DNA of 60,947 bases from Ignavibacteriota bacterium (GCA_016218065.1 JACRFA010000033.1:1-60947), one strand, 5' to 3'. Numbered from the stretch's first letter, positions 38,456 to 46,794 are shown. Notes: generated by a model from the sequence alone, not told the origin. Numbers and translations are program-made.

Positions 38456-38906
38456 TTTGATTGTCATTCTGAACGCCTGCCCGCCTCATGCTTCATGATG
38501 GCAGGCGGGGAGTCCCAACTGCTTCCCAAGTTGGGACGGAGTGAAGAATCTAGAACAGGTTACTGGATTCTCCCGAAGGGATGCCCGCCTGCCTCGCTGT
38601 CCAAACAAGGCGGGCAGGCCTTCGGCATTCGCCTCTGGGAAGCGAGGCTGCTAATGACGTACATGAACTTGTCATTATGAAGCTCGTTCTTCAGAGCTGA
38701 AGAATCCAGAACCCTAGTGGTGCTCTGATCTGGTCGAAGACTCGTCGAGATTCTTCACTTCGTCCCGATTTGAAATGCAATCGGGACTCGTTCAGAATGA
38801 CAAATGGGAGCGCACGTCATTGCCTCAAATAGCCACGCTTGCTTTCGGCGTGGTCATTGAACTCAGAATGACAATGGTGGGGCGATTTCCGATGGGGAAT
38901 CTCTAC
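38456..38906. repeat. expanded copy of the composite palindromic element carrying nested insertions
   Basis: It shares modules with 11391-11598 but contains extra segments at 38475-38508 and 38571-38627 and a 3' extension. It ends cagaatgacaatggtggggcgatttccgatggggaatctctac, as at 29230-29268. Confidence 0.8.
38571..38627. mobile_element. 57-bp GC-rich hairpin insertion element (filled site; the empty site is at about 11547 in the compact copy)
   Basis: ggattct[cccgaagggatgcccgcctgcctcgctgtccaaacaaggcgggcaggccttcggcat]tcgcctct compares with the uninterrupted ggattcttcgcctct at 11541-11555. The termini are inverted (cccgaagg / ccttcgg). Confidence 0.65.
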
Positions 38907-38958
38907 TCAGTGTCTGTTGTTTCCAGACGGCTGAATTGATATATTGTCTCACGAAAAA

Positions 38959-39033
38959 GGACGCTTAGCTCAGCTGGTTCAGAGCGCCTGCCTTACAAGC
39001 AGGAGGTCACTGGTTCGATCCCGGTAGCGTCCA
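38959..39033 (+). tRNA. tRNA-Val (anticodon UAC)
   Basis: Manual cloverleaf: acceptor ggacgct/agcgtcc, D arm gctc/gagc, anticodon arm cctgc-cttacaa-gcagg, variable loop aggtc, T arm actgg-ttcgatc-ccggt, discriminator A. CCA is not encoded. Confidence 0.92.
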
Positions 39034-39150
39034 CTGCCTTATCCCGACACGTGCAACGTCGACCTGCCTGCCGTAGGCAGGGATTCTCATTTCGACATCG
39101 AAGTCAGTGCGCAGATTGTTCGGTGTTTGTTAACTCGGTCGAAATGAAAC

Positions 39151-39345
39151 AAGCAGGAGGTCACTGGTTCTGCCAAAGGCCTGCCCGCCTTGTTTGGACA
39201 GCGAGGCAGGCGGGCATCCCTTCGGGAGATCCCGGTAGCGTCCACAGGTTCCTTATCCCGACAGACAGCGTCGGGATTCTCATTTCGACTTCGAAGGTAG
39301 CGCGCAGATTGTTCGGTGTTTGCTAACTTCGGTCGAAATGGAACT
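39151..39345 (+). repeat. tandem second copy of the tRNA-Val 3' half plus its about 115-bp downstream flank (pseudo-tRNA half)
   Basis: aagcaggaggtcactggttc ... atcccggtagcgtccac ... ccttatcccgaca ... ggattctcatttcgac ... gcgcagattgttcggtgttt ... tcggtcgaaatg repeats the order found at 38997-39150. Confidence 0.85.
39171..39228. mobile_element. second copy (inverted orientation, 57/58 identical) of the GC-rich hairpin element, inserted in the T-loop of the duplicated tRNA-Val half
   Basis: The reverse complement of 39171-39228 matches 38569-38626 with one mismatch. The uninterrupted T-loop ttcgatc is present in the genuine tRNA 150 bp upstream. Confidence 0.7.
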
Positions 39346-39411
39346 TCGGTCGGAATAAATCTAGATGCCCTGAGGGGCATTTTCTTTTGGTCATCAACTT
39401 TTCGGAATTTC

Positions 39412-40023
39412 ATGTCCGGCATCAAAGCAATTATCTTCGATTACGGCAACGTCATAGCGCATGTTGATCACGGCATTTTTCTCCGACGAATCGCCCAACG
39501 TTCCGCCCTCAGTCTCGACGATCTGAAAAATCTCGCGACGGTCCATCAGGATCTTCTTGTCGGATATGAGAGCGGAAAAATGTCGTCAGCGGCATTCGGC
39601 GCGACTATCATCGAGAGATGCAAGCTTACCATGTCGCTCGATGAACTGCGAGATGCCTTTGTCGATATTTTCAATCGCATCGAGCCAACAATCTCGCTTA
39701 TTAGAAATCTCAAATCGCACTACAAAGTCGCATTGCTGTCGAATACCAACGAGTGGCACTTCAGGTCCGAGATCAAGACAGTTGCCGCCTATCCCTATTT
39801 TGACAGCGTGACTGTCTCGTTCCAAGTGGGGGCGATGAAACCTTCTGCCACGATTTATCAGGATGCGTTGAGCAAGCTGGGCGTTACGGGAGGCGAGTCA
39901 CTCTACATCGATGACATCCCGGCGTACGTCGATGCTGCGCGCCAGCTTGGCATGAGCGCCGTTCAATACACTTCGCATGATGCACTCCTCGGCGATCTGC
40001 GCACACACGGAGTTGAGATCTAA
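39412..40023 (+). CDS. HAD-superfamily hydrolase (subfamily IA)
   Basis: Motif I IIFDYGNV, motif II LLSNT, motif III K (GAMKPS) and motif IV IDDI. I chose the ATG at 39412 because the upstream ORF extension lies in repeat DNA. Confidence 0.75.
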   Translation: MSGIKAIIFDYGNVIAHVDHGIFLRRIAQRSALSLDDLKNLATVHQDLLVGYESGKMSSAAFGATIIERCKLTMSLDELRDAFVDIFNRIEPTISLIRNLKSHYKVALLSNTNEWHFRSEIKTVAAYPYFDSVTVSFQVGAMKPSATIYQDALSKLGVTGGESLYIDDIPAYVDAARQLGMSAVQYTSHDALLGDLRTHGVEI

Positions 40024-40107
40024 CCGGTTGCCGGTCTTCAGTGTTGCAGTTGGATCGTTGACTGAATTTTCCTATGTTCAGTGAGAATCACCATTCTTCC
40101 TGTTCCT

Positions 40108-41325
40108 ATGACACTCAATAGTGATATTCTGAAGCAGACCGAAGCGTATGCCACGGCGCTCCTCACGGAAAAGCTTCCGAACTGGGCGGTGTACCACAAT
40201 CTCGTTCACACTCAACAAACCGTCGATGCGGCCCGAGAAATCGGCGAAGCAGCCAACCTCGGCAAATCGGATCTCGAGAGCGTGTTGATAGCGGCCTGGT
40301 TCCACGATGTGGGCTACACCGAAGGAGCCGACAATCATGAGGAGAGGAGCGGCGAGCTGGCTACTCAGTTCTTACGATCGAGAAACCATCCGCAATCGCG
40401 AATCGATCAGATCGTGGGATGCATCCGCGCAACGAAAGTGCCGCAGTCGCCGAAGACTCTGTTGGAGCAAGTCGTCTGCGACGCGGACACCGTGCATCTT
40501 GGGAAGAAGAGGTTCTTCGAACGAAGCTCGCTCTTGCGCATGGAGCTTGAACTGAAATCCGGTGAAGTGGCGAGCGATCTCGAGTGGCTGAAGAAGAATG
40601 TTGCCTTCGCCGCGGGGAACAGCTTTCACACTGAGTACGCCCGCACGCGGTTTGCGGACCGGCGGCAGAAGAATCTGATGTCGCTGCAAGAGCTTCTGCG
40701 CGAGGAACGCGAGCGTTCCGAGCAGGCGGCCGCCAGACACCAGAAGGCGCTACTCAAAGAGGAAAAGGAGAAGAAGCCCGAGCGCGGCATCGAGACGATG
40801 TTTCGTGTTGTGCCGAAGAATCATCTGGACCTCACGGCGCTTGCCGATCACAAATCGAATATCCTCATCGGAACGAACGGTACAATTCTCGCCATCGTGT
40901 TTAGTCTTCTCGTCAGCAAGCTCGATACGCATCCGTATTTGCTCATTCCGACAATCATCATTATTGCCGTGACGATCGTGACCATGGTGTTCGCGATTCT
41001 CGCAACGCGTCCCAACGTGACTGGTGGAACATTCACTCGCGAAGATATCCGGCAGAAGAAAGTAAACCTCCTGTTCTTCGGGAACTTCCACAAATCATCG
41101 CTCGAAGATTTCGATTGGGGCATGCGTGAGATGATGAAGGACAGCGACTACCTCTACGGAAGCATGATCAAAGATCTCTACTTCCTCGGAAAAGTTCTGG
41201 GCGCGAAATTCCACTACTTGCGGATCGCGTACACGGTGTTTATGTGGGGATTGATTGTTGCCGTGATAGCATTCAGTATCGCGATGCTGACTGCGCCTGT
41301 GGCCGTGCCGATGCCGGTGCAATAG
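40108..41325 (+). CDS. HD-domain phosphohydrolase fused to a C-terminal multi-TM module (DUF5706 / Pycsar-effector-like, from memory)
   Basis: HD motifs (HNLVHT, AAWFHDVGY, CDADTVHLG), a charged linker, then a module beginning FRVVPKNH.DLT.LADHKSNILIG with 3 hydrophobic helices. Confidence 0.65.
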   Translation: MTLNSDILKQTEAYATALLTEKLPNWAVYHNLVHTQQTVDAAREIGEAANLGKSDLESVLIAAWFHDVGYTEGADNHEERSGELATQFLRSRNHPQSRIDQIVGCIRATKVPQSPKTLLEQVVCDADTVHLGKKRFFERSSLLRMELELKSGEVASDLEWLKKNVAFAAGNSFHTEYARTRFADRRQKNLMSLQELLREERERSEQAAARHQKALLKEEKEKKPERGIETMFRVVPKNHLDLTALADHKSNILIGTNGTILAIVFSLLVSKLDTHPYLLIPTIIIIAVTIVTMVFAILATRPNVTGGTFTREDIRQKKVNLLFFGNFHKSSLEDFDWGMREMMKDSDYLYGSMIKDLYFLGKVLGAKFHYLRIAYTVFMWGLIVAVIAFSIAMLTAPVAVPMPVQ

Positions 41326-41328
41326 TCC

Positions 41329-42579
41329 GTGGTACCCGTTAACATTTCGATCATTACGCTCGTCGGCGTTTTTCTTCTGATTGCCATTCGCCAGATAGGG
41401 GCAGTCCGTTTTCAAATTTGGCAGGTGATGGTGATGGGCGCCGCGGTTGTGCTTCTGACATCTCAAATCTCCATTTCGTCGGCGCTGCAGGCAATCAATC
41501 TTGATGTGATGGTGTTTTTGTTTGGGATGTTCGTTGTCGGGGAAGCGCTCGTTGAGAGCGGTTTTCTCGCCCATTGGTCGTACAAGTATTTCCGCCGTGC
41601 AAAAACGCGTGATGCACTTTTGCTGCTGGTGCTGTTCGGCTCAGGGATCGCATCGGCCTTCCTGATGAACGACACGCTTGCCATCATCGGCACTCCCGTC
41701 GTACTTCTACTCGCTCGCAAGCATCAGATGTCATCGAAGCTGCTTCTCTGTGCTCTGGCGTTCGGCGTCACTATTGGCAGCGTGATGAGTCCGATTGGTA
41801 ATCCTCAGAATTTGCTCATTGCGATGAATGGCGCGATCCCCAATCCGTTCGGCACATTCTTTCGATGGTTATTTGTCCCGACAGTTGTAAACCTGTACGT
41901 TGCCTTTCTGCTGCTCCGCAAATTCTATCGCGATGACTTTCATGACGCAGAGATGTCTCACTCGCAGGAACCGATTCGCGATCATGAGTTGGCCTTTCTC
42001 TCGCGCATCTCGTTGTCAATTCTTCTTCTGTTGATTGTCGTGAAGACCTCTGCTTCCGTTGTCGGGATGTCGGTTAACCTTCATCTTTCACACATTGCCG
42101 TTGCAGCATCTCTGCCGATTCTTGTCGGCAGCAGAAAGCGATTTCATATTCTTCGCAGGGTCGATTGGCGCACGCTGGCATTCTTCGCAGCGATGTTCGT
42201 GTTGATGGAAAGCGTCTGGCAGAGCGGCGCTTTTCAATCAATGATCAGTGCGACCAACGTACGCGTGACTTCCCTCGAAAGCATTCTCACGGTGAGCATC
42301 GTGGTGAGCCAGCTGATCTCCAACGTGCCGCTTGTTGCCCTGTATCAGCCAATACTCTTGAACGCAGGCGTGACGCAAACCGGAATGATGGCGCTGGCGG
42401 CGGGAAGTACGATCGCGGGAAATGCGTTGATTCTCGGAGCGGCCAGCAATGTCATCATCATTCAAGCCGCCGAACGAAGAGCTCACGAGACGATTACGTT
42501 TTGGGAATTCGCGAGAGTCGGCGTGCCGTTGACGATTGCGAACGCCGGCGTGTATTGGCTTTTTCTCCACTTCATCTGA
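41329..42579 (+). CDS. ArsB/NhaD-superfamily anion permease (CitMHS/SLC13-like)
   Basis: 416 aa with about 11-12 TM helices and family-like blocks (VMSPIGNPQNLLIA, GSTIAGNALILGAASNVII). GTG start 3 nt after the HD-TM gene. Confidence 0.6.
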   Translation: MVPVNISIITLVGVFLLIAIRQIGAVRFQIWQVMVMGAAVVLLTSQISISSALQAINLDVMVFLFGMFVVGEALVESGFLAHWSYKYFRRAKTRDALLLLVLFGSGIASAFLMNDTLAIIGTPVVLLLARKHQMSSKLLLCALAFGVTIGSVMSPIGNPQNLLIAMNGAIPNPFGTFFRWLFVPTVVNLYVAFLLLRKFYRDDFHDAEMSHSQEPIRDHELAFLSRISLSILLLLIVVKTSASVVGMSVNLHLSHIAVAASLPILVGSRKRFHILRRVDWRTLAFFAAMFVLMESVWQSGAFQSMISATNVRVTSLESILTVSIVVSQLISNVPLVALYQPILLNAGVTQTGMMALAAGSTIAGNALILGAASNVIIIQAAERRAHETITFWEFARVGVPLTIANAGVYWLFLHFI

Positions 42580-42626
42580 AGGGATCAATTCTTTTTGCGG
42601 TGCGTGTCGAAGGTATGAGGGATTGG

Positions 42627-43055
42627 TTACGGTGTCGGCGGAAGATTGTATCGCGCCAGAATCACACTGTAAAATTCTTCGAGGTCGGGGAGATTAGTAA
42701 CGAGGATTGACTTCAGAATCTCGGGATCGATGCTTTGATAATCGTGAATGGCTACGTTGCGAAAACCAACCATCGCCGTCATTCTGCGGCTCAGAGACTC
42801 AGGGATGATCCCCGACTGCCGAAGAATAGAGAAATGCTCCTTCATGTTTGCAGGCAGGCCCAATCCTTCCGACGCTATGATATGCGCAGCAAGATCAATC
42901 GTGGACTGGATGGCTCGCTGCAGATTCAGAACAAACACATCTTGAATGTCGAAGTTCTCGAGCCGATCAGGCTCAAGGTTCGTGATGTCGCGAATGCGTC
43001 GCAGACATCGTTGGATGTTTCCAATCTTGGCGAGGACTACGTTCTTATCGGGCAT
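42627..43055 (-). CDS. hepT: HepT-family (DUF86) RNase toxin, type VII toxin-antitoxin system
   Basis: Rx4HxY motif (FRNVAIHDY). 142 aa. It overlaps the upstream nucleotidyltransferase gene by 11 nt. Confidence 0.8.
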   Translation of the reverse strand: MPDKNVVLAKIGNIQRCLRRIRDITNLEPDRLENFDIQDVFVLNLQRAIQSTIDLAAHIIASEGLGLPANMKEHFSILRQSGIIPESLSRRMTAMVGFRNVAIHDYQSIDPEILKSILVTNLPDLEEFYSVILARYNLPPTP

Positions 43056-43464
43056 AGATCCGGCCGTTCAATATGTTGTCCTCGATGGGCTTCCTCATTC
43101 TCTTCAGGTCGTCGTACTCGTTGATGGTTCTGACAAAAAACTCATTAGCCTTTGATTGATTCCGCGTGAACACACGCACTCCTGTCTTCAAGACTTGCAT
43201 TCCGAGAATCGGTGATGCGCCTTCGAGATCGACGATGTCCGCCTCAATACCGAGCGCATCGGTGAACTCCGCTTGAAGCTGCAACAACTCGCCAGCCGAT
43301 GGTCGTCGTTCAAACAGCAAGCCAATATCGATATCGCTTTCCGGCGTGAGACGTTGTGGAACTGCAGAGCCGAAGAGATAGGCCGCGGCGATGTTTCCGT
43401 TTGATTCTGCAAACGTGGAAATGGCGCTCGTTATTGATTCGAGTGTTCGATCCTGCTGCGACAT
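43045..43464 (-). CDS. mntA: MntA-family nucleotidyltransferase antitoxin, type VII toxin-antitoxin system
   Basis: Minimal NTase motif LFGSAV....ESDIDIGLL. 139 aa, immediately upstream of hepT. Confidence 0.8.
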   Translation of the reverse strand: MSQQDRTLESITSAISTFAESNGNIAAAYLFGSAVPQRLTPESDIDIGLLFERRPSAGELLQLQAEFTDALGIEADIVDLEGASPILGMQVLKTGVRVFTRNQSKANEFFVRTINEYDDLKRMRKPIEDNILNGRIYAR

Positions 43465-43619
43465 GTGAGTTCTTTCAGTCCGTCAGAAAGAATCTAACGA
43501 ATCACGCTCGGATTTCCAATCACAACGGATTCAACGACCCACGATGAACTCTGCCGAGCAGAGGCGACCGCCTGACTGCCGTCAGGCAGGCCCGTTGGAA
43601 GCCCCAAAATATCTTCTGC

Positions 43620-45353
43620 CTACCGCGTCGAATCTTCCTGCTGAATCAAGTAGCGTTTGATTTTCTGTGTCGTCGTCTTCTCGAACTCTTTGTCTCGGAT
43701 CTTCACCTTCTTGATTTGTTGGTGACCGAGCAGTTGTGTGTTCAGCCTTCTGATCTCATCGTTGATGATTTTGTCGATCAGCTCCGTTGTTACTTCGACG
43801 TTGTTCTTTTGAGCGTACTCGATGAACGTCTCGGCGTTCGGCACAATCATCACGCGAATTTCTTCGTCGTTCTTCTGATCCTTGCCGCCATAGATCACCG
43901 ACTCAAGCACGAACGGAATTTTGTTCACTCTGTCCTCAATCTCTTCAGGATAGACGTTCTCGCCGTTGCGCGCAACGATGACATTCTTCTTTCTGCCGTT
44001 GATGTACAGGAACCCTTCCCTGTCGATATAGCCAATGTCGCCGGTGTAGAACCAGCCGTCGTGCATTACTTCACTTGTTCCTGCTTCATTCTTGTAATAC
44101 CCCATCATGACGGACGGTCCTTTGGCGATGATCTCACCGTGTCCTGTTGCATCAGGGTTCGCGATCTTCAGCTGCACGTTCGGCAGCGCCAGGCCCGCCG
44201 ACTCGTCCTTGTGCTGGAATTCTCTGTTGACCGTGAGAATGGGCGATGTCTCTGTCAGTCCGTACCCCTGAATCATGTTGAAGCCGAACGATCGCAAACC
44301 TTTCATGACGCGTGGGTCGGGCGCAGCTCCGCCGGCGATGAAGAGCCGCACTGCGCCGCCGAACTTATGATGAATCTCGGAGAAGATTTTTCTTCGTACA
44401 CCCTGAGCGCCGAACACTTCAAGCCAGGCAGCAATCGTCTTCATCGGAGGCACGAGCGCTTTGCTCAGTTTCTTTTCCTGGATTGCCGCGTTGATGCGGC
44501 GATACATCTTATCGTACATGAGCGGAACGCCGAGAAAAATCGTGGGACTTGCGCGCTGCATGTCCTCAACGACGGTCTTCAGGTTGCGCGCATAGTACAC
44601 GGTCGCACCGCCATAGACCGGGCAGAGGAATCCACAAGTTCCTTCGTATGTGTGATGCATCGGCAAGACGGAGAGAAACCGATCTGTCGGCCCGATGTCG
44701 ATCATCTTGCGCATGTCCATCAGATTGGTGCAGAGATTCTTCTGGGACATCATCACGCCCTTGGCCCGTCCCATGGAACCAGATGTGAACACGATGACCG
44801 CCACCTCTTCAGGGTTCGTTTGAGGGAAGCTCGCCTTGTGAGCATCGTGCTTCGCATGTTCCATCATCTCCATCATCGAGAAGGCGCCGTTTTCCCGCTT
44901 CGGCAAATCCATATCGATGAGAAATTGGAGCGCCTTGACAGAGTGTTTGAACTCGAGAAACATATCACGGAACGACTCTGAGAACACGGCTGCCTTCGAA
45001 TCGGACACGTGAAGAATGTTGACGATATCATTCTCCTTGAGATTCTTGTCGATAGGCACGGCGACGAAGTTGAATGTCACGCAGGTAAGGTGCGTAATTG
45101 CCCATTGCACGCGGTTCTCGCCAATGAACGCGATGTGGTCGCGTTCTTTGAGTCCCAGCTTCTTGAGCGCTGTTCCGAATGTCAGCACGTGATCACGCAG
45201 CTCGCTGAAAGTTGCTTTGGAAAGAGGCGTGGTGTTGAGGTCCTGAAGCGCAAGCTTGTCGGGGAACTTGGCTGCCGACTGGTGAAGCACGTCAACGATC
45301 GCCGAAAGAGGCTCGACCTCGCAGTAGGGATACGGGGCGTTTGTTGTTTTCAT
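43620..45353 (-). CDS. fadD: long-chain-fatty-acid--CoA ligase (AMP-forming)
   Basis: AMP-binding motifs FTSGSMGRAKGVMMS, GYGLTE, GWFYTGDIG and NGRKKN. Confidence 0.82.
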   Translation of the reverse strand: MKTTNAPYPYCEVEPLSAIVDVLHQSAAKFPDKLALQDLNTTPLSKATFSELRDHVLTFGTALKKLGLKERDHIAFIGENRVQWAITHLTCVTFNFVAVPIDKNLKENDIVNILHVSDSKAAVFSESFRDMFLEFKHSVKALQFLIDMDLPKRENGAFSMMEMMEHAKHDAHKASFPQTNPEEVAVIVFTSGSMGRAKGVMMSQKNLCTNLMDMRKMIDIGPTDRFLSVLPMHHTYEGTCGFLCPVYGGATVYYARNLKTVVEDMQRASPTIFLGVPLMYDKMYRRINAAIQEKKLSKALVPPMKTIAAWLEVFGAQGVRRKIFSEIHHKFGGAVRLFIAGGAAPDPRVMKGLRSFGFNMIQGYGLTETSPILTVNREFQHKDESAGLALPNVQLKIANPDATGHGEIIAKGPSVMMGYYKNEAGTSEVMHDGWFYTGDIGYIDREGFLYINGRKKNVIVARNGENVYPEEIEDRVNKIPFVLESVIYGGKDQKNDEEIRVMIVPNAETFIEYAQKNNVEVTTELIDKIINDEIRRLNTQLLGHQQIKKVKIRDKEFEKTTTQKIKRYLIQQEDSTR

Positions 45354-45403
45354 GGCTGTGTTTGCAAGTTGTGAAGGTGGGTGAGGGTTGTGTTCGAGAA
45401 TGT

Positions 45404-46249
45404 TTATGGATTCAGTGGATCAAATGATGCAAGGCGATTGAGGAAGTTGCGCAGTTCTCTATCCCAATACGCCCATGTGTGTCCCCCCGGTGTCTCGTGA
45501 TATTCGTAGAGCGCGCCTTTCGATTGGAGTTTCTCGGCGAGGAGTCGATTGTTCTCAACGATGCGCGGAAGATTATCATCTTTTCCTGTTGAGATGTAGA
45601 AGTACGGAAGCGATGTTGCAACTCTGACGCTATCCAACAACTCGAACGGATCGTTCCGTGTCCATTGCTCCGACCGCTCTTCACCAAACGCGAGGCGGAG
45701 CGATTCTGAAAGGTCCCGGTTGTCCGGACGCGCCGTCTTGGGAACGTAGAGCGCCCCGCTGAACGAGCCGGCAAAGTAAAACATCCACGGACGCTTCAGC
45801 GCAAATCGCACCGCGCCATAGCCGCCCATCGAAAGTCCGGCAACAACGCGACCGTGCCTCGTGCTCAGTGTCCGGTATTTTTTCTCGATGAACGGAATGA
45901 GATCGCTGAAGACGTAGTCTTCGTAGTTTCGTTTCTTGTCGATGGAGTTTGTGTACCAACTGTTCCTTCCGTCCGGACAAACGACAATGTAGTTGTAGTT
46001 CTTCAGGTATTTGACAAGTCCGGAGTATTTCACCCAATCTGTCTGGTTGCCGCCAAAGCCATGAAGGAGATACAGCGTGGTGTAGCGTTCCTGACTCTGG
46101 GCGTACTTCTTCGGGAGGAGGACGAGCATCTTCGTCTGCACCTGAAGTGCATGCGAGTACAGACTATCCTCCGTGACGGTGATAAAGTCTTGGGCCGAAG
46201 AGGTGAACGAACATAAGCTAACGAGGAAAGCGACGGCAAATCGTTTCAT
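45404..46249 (-). CDS. secreted esterase family protein (esterase D / CE1-like)
   Basis: Signal peptide, the LYLLHG block, and the nucleophile elbow GLSMGGYGA. Confidence 0.75.
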   Translation of the reverse strand: MKRFAVAFLVSLCSFTSSAQDFITVTEDSLYSHALQVQTKMLVLLPKKYAQSQERYTTLYLLHGFGGNQTDWVKYSGLVKYLKNYNYIVVCPDGRNSWYTNSIDKKRNYEDYVFSDLIPFIEKKYRTLSTRHGRVVAGLSMGGYGAVRFALKRPWMFYFAGSFSGALYVPKTARPDNRDLSESLRLAFGEERSEQWTRNDPFELLDSVRVATSLPYFYISTGKDDNLPRIVENNRLLAEKLQSKGALYEYHETPGGHTWAYWDRELRNFLNRLASFDPLNP

Positions 46250-46337
46250 AGGTTCTGCATGAATGGTTAGAACGAACAGCTACAGACACAGAAGTGAGGA
46301 TGGATGATCCTCGGACAGGAAAGGGCTTGAACGTTAG

Positions 46338-46473
46338 GAGCCGGAGACGGGACTTCCCGATTCCATCGGGACGACGTTCAGCTCACGCGGTCAATCTACA
46401 TTCGAGAGCGGGAGACGGGACTTCCCGATTCCATCGGGACGACGTTCAGCTCACGCGGTCAATCTACATTCGA
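46338..46473 (-). repeat. two tandem 68-bp units, each a degenerate copy of the tRNA-Gly 3' portion with the T-arm replaced by a hairpin
   Basis: The units at 46338-46405 and 46406-46473 differ at one base. Each starts (on the + strand) with gagc(c/g)ggagacgggact, which equals the tRNA 3' end, and contains gacgttcagct, which equals the anticodon-stem/variable region. Confidence 0.88.
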
Positions 46474-46474
46474 G

Positions 46475-46546
<72 letters not shown>

Positions 46547-46794
46547 AGGTGAATTTCTGCCAGATGCCGTGAGAAATATACCACTTCGGACTTGGAGTTA
46601 CAAGTTTCGTCATCCCTGACTGCCGGCGCGTTCCCATTACTTTTCTGAACCAGAATTCAGGGAAATCCGCTTGCATGAAAGATTGAGAACGTCTATCTTC
46701 TTCGGGGATTGGTCTCACTTCTACTACCTAATTCATTTTTTCCTCCTGCAATCTTCAATTAAGCTGTTTTGCATTTTTCTTGTCTTAGTAACGT

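Noticed and set aside
38495-39326. Small ORFs 38495-38680 and 39051-39326 (and 39087-39425 on the minus strand).
   Set aside because: They are composed entirely of the palindromic repeat DNA and the duplicated tRNA half. The same sequences occur in both orientations, which is incompatible with coding conservation.
43716-44981. 421-aa ORF on the plus strand.
   Set aside because: It is antisense to fadD (clear AMP-binding motifs on the minus strand) and has no motifs of its own. It is a shadow ORF.
46338-46473. Possible CRISPR array, because of regularly spaced identical repeats.
   Set aside because: There are only two units, they are contiguous 68-bp tandem copies with no unique spacers, and they derive from the adjacent tRNA-Gly. 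There are no cas genes in the window.
39034-46474. An intact integrative or prophage-like element between the two tRNAs.
   Set aside because: The interval contains no integrase, recombinase, excisionase, phage or conjugation gene. I retain it only as a possible decayed islet or hotspot.
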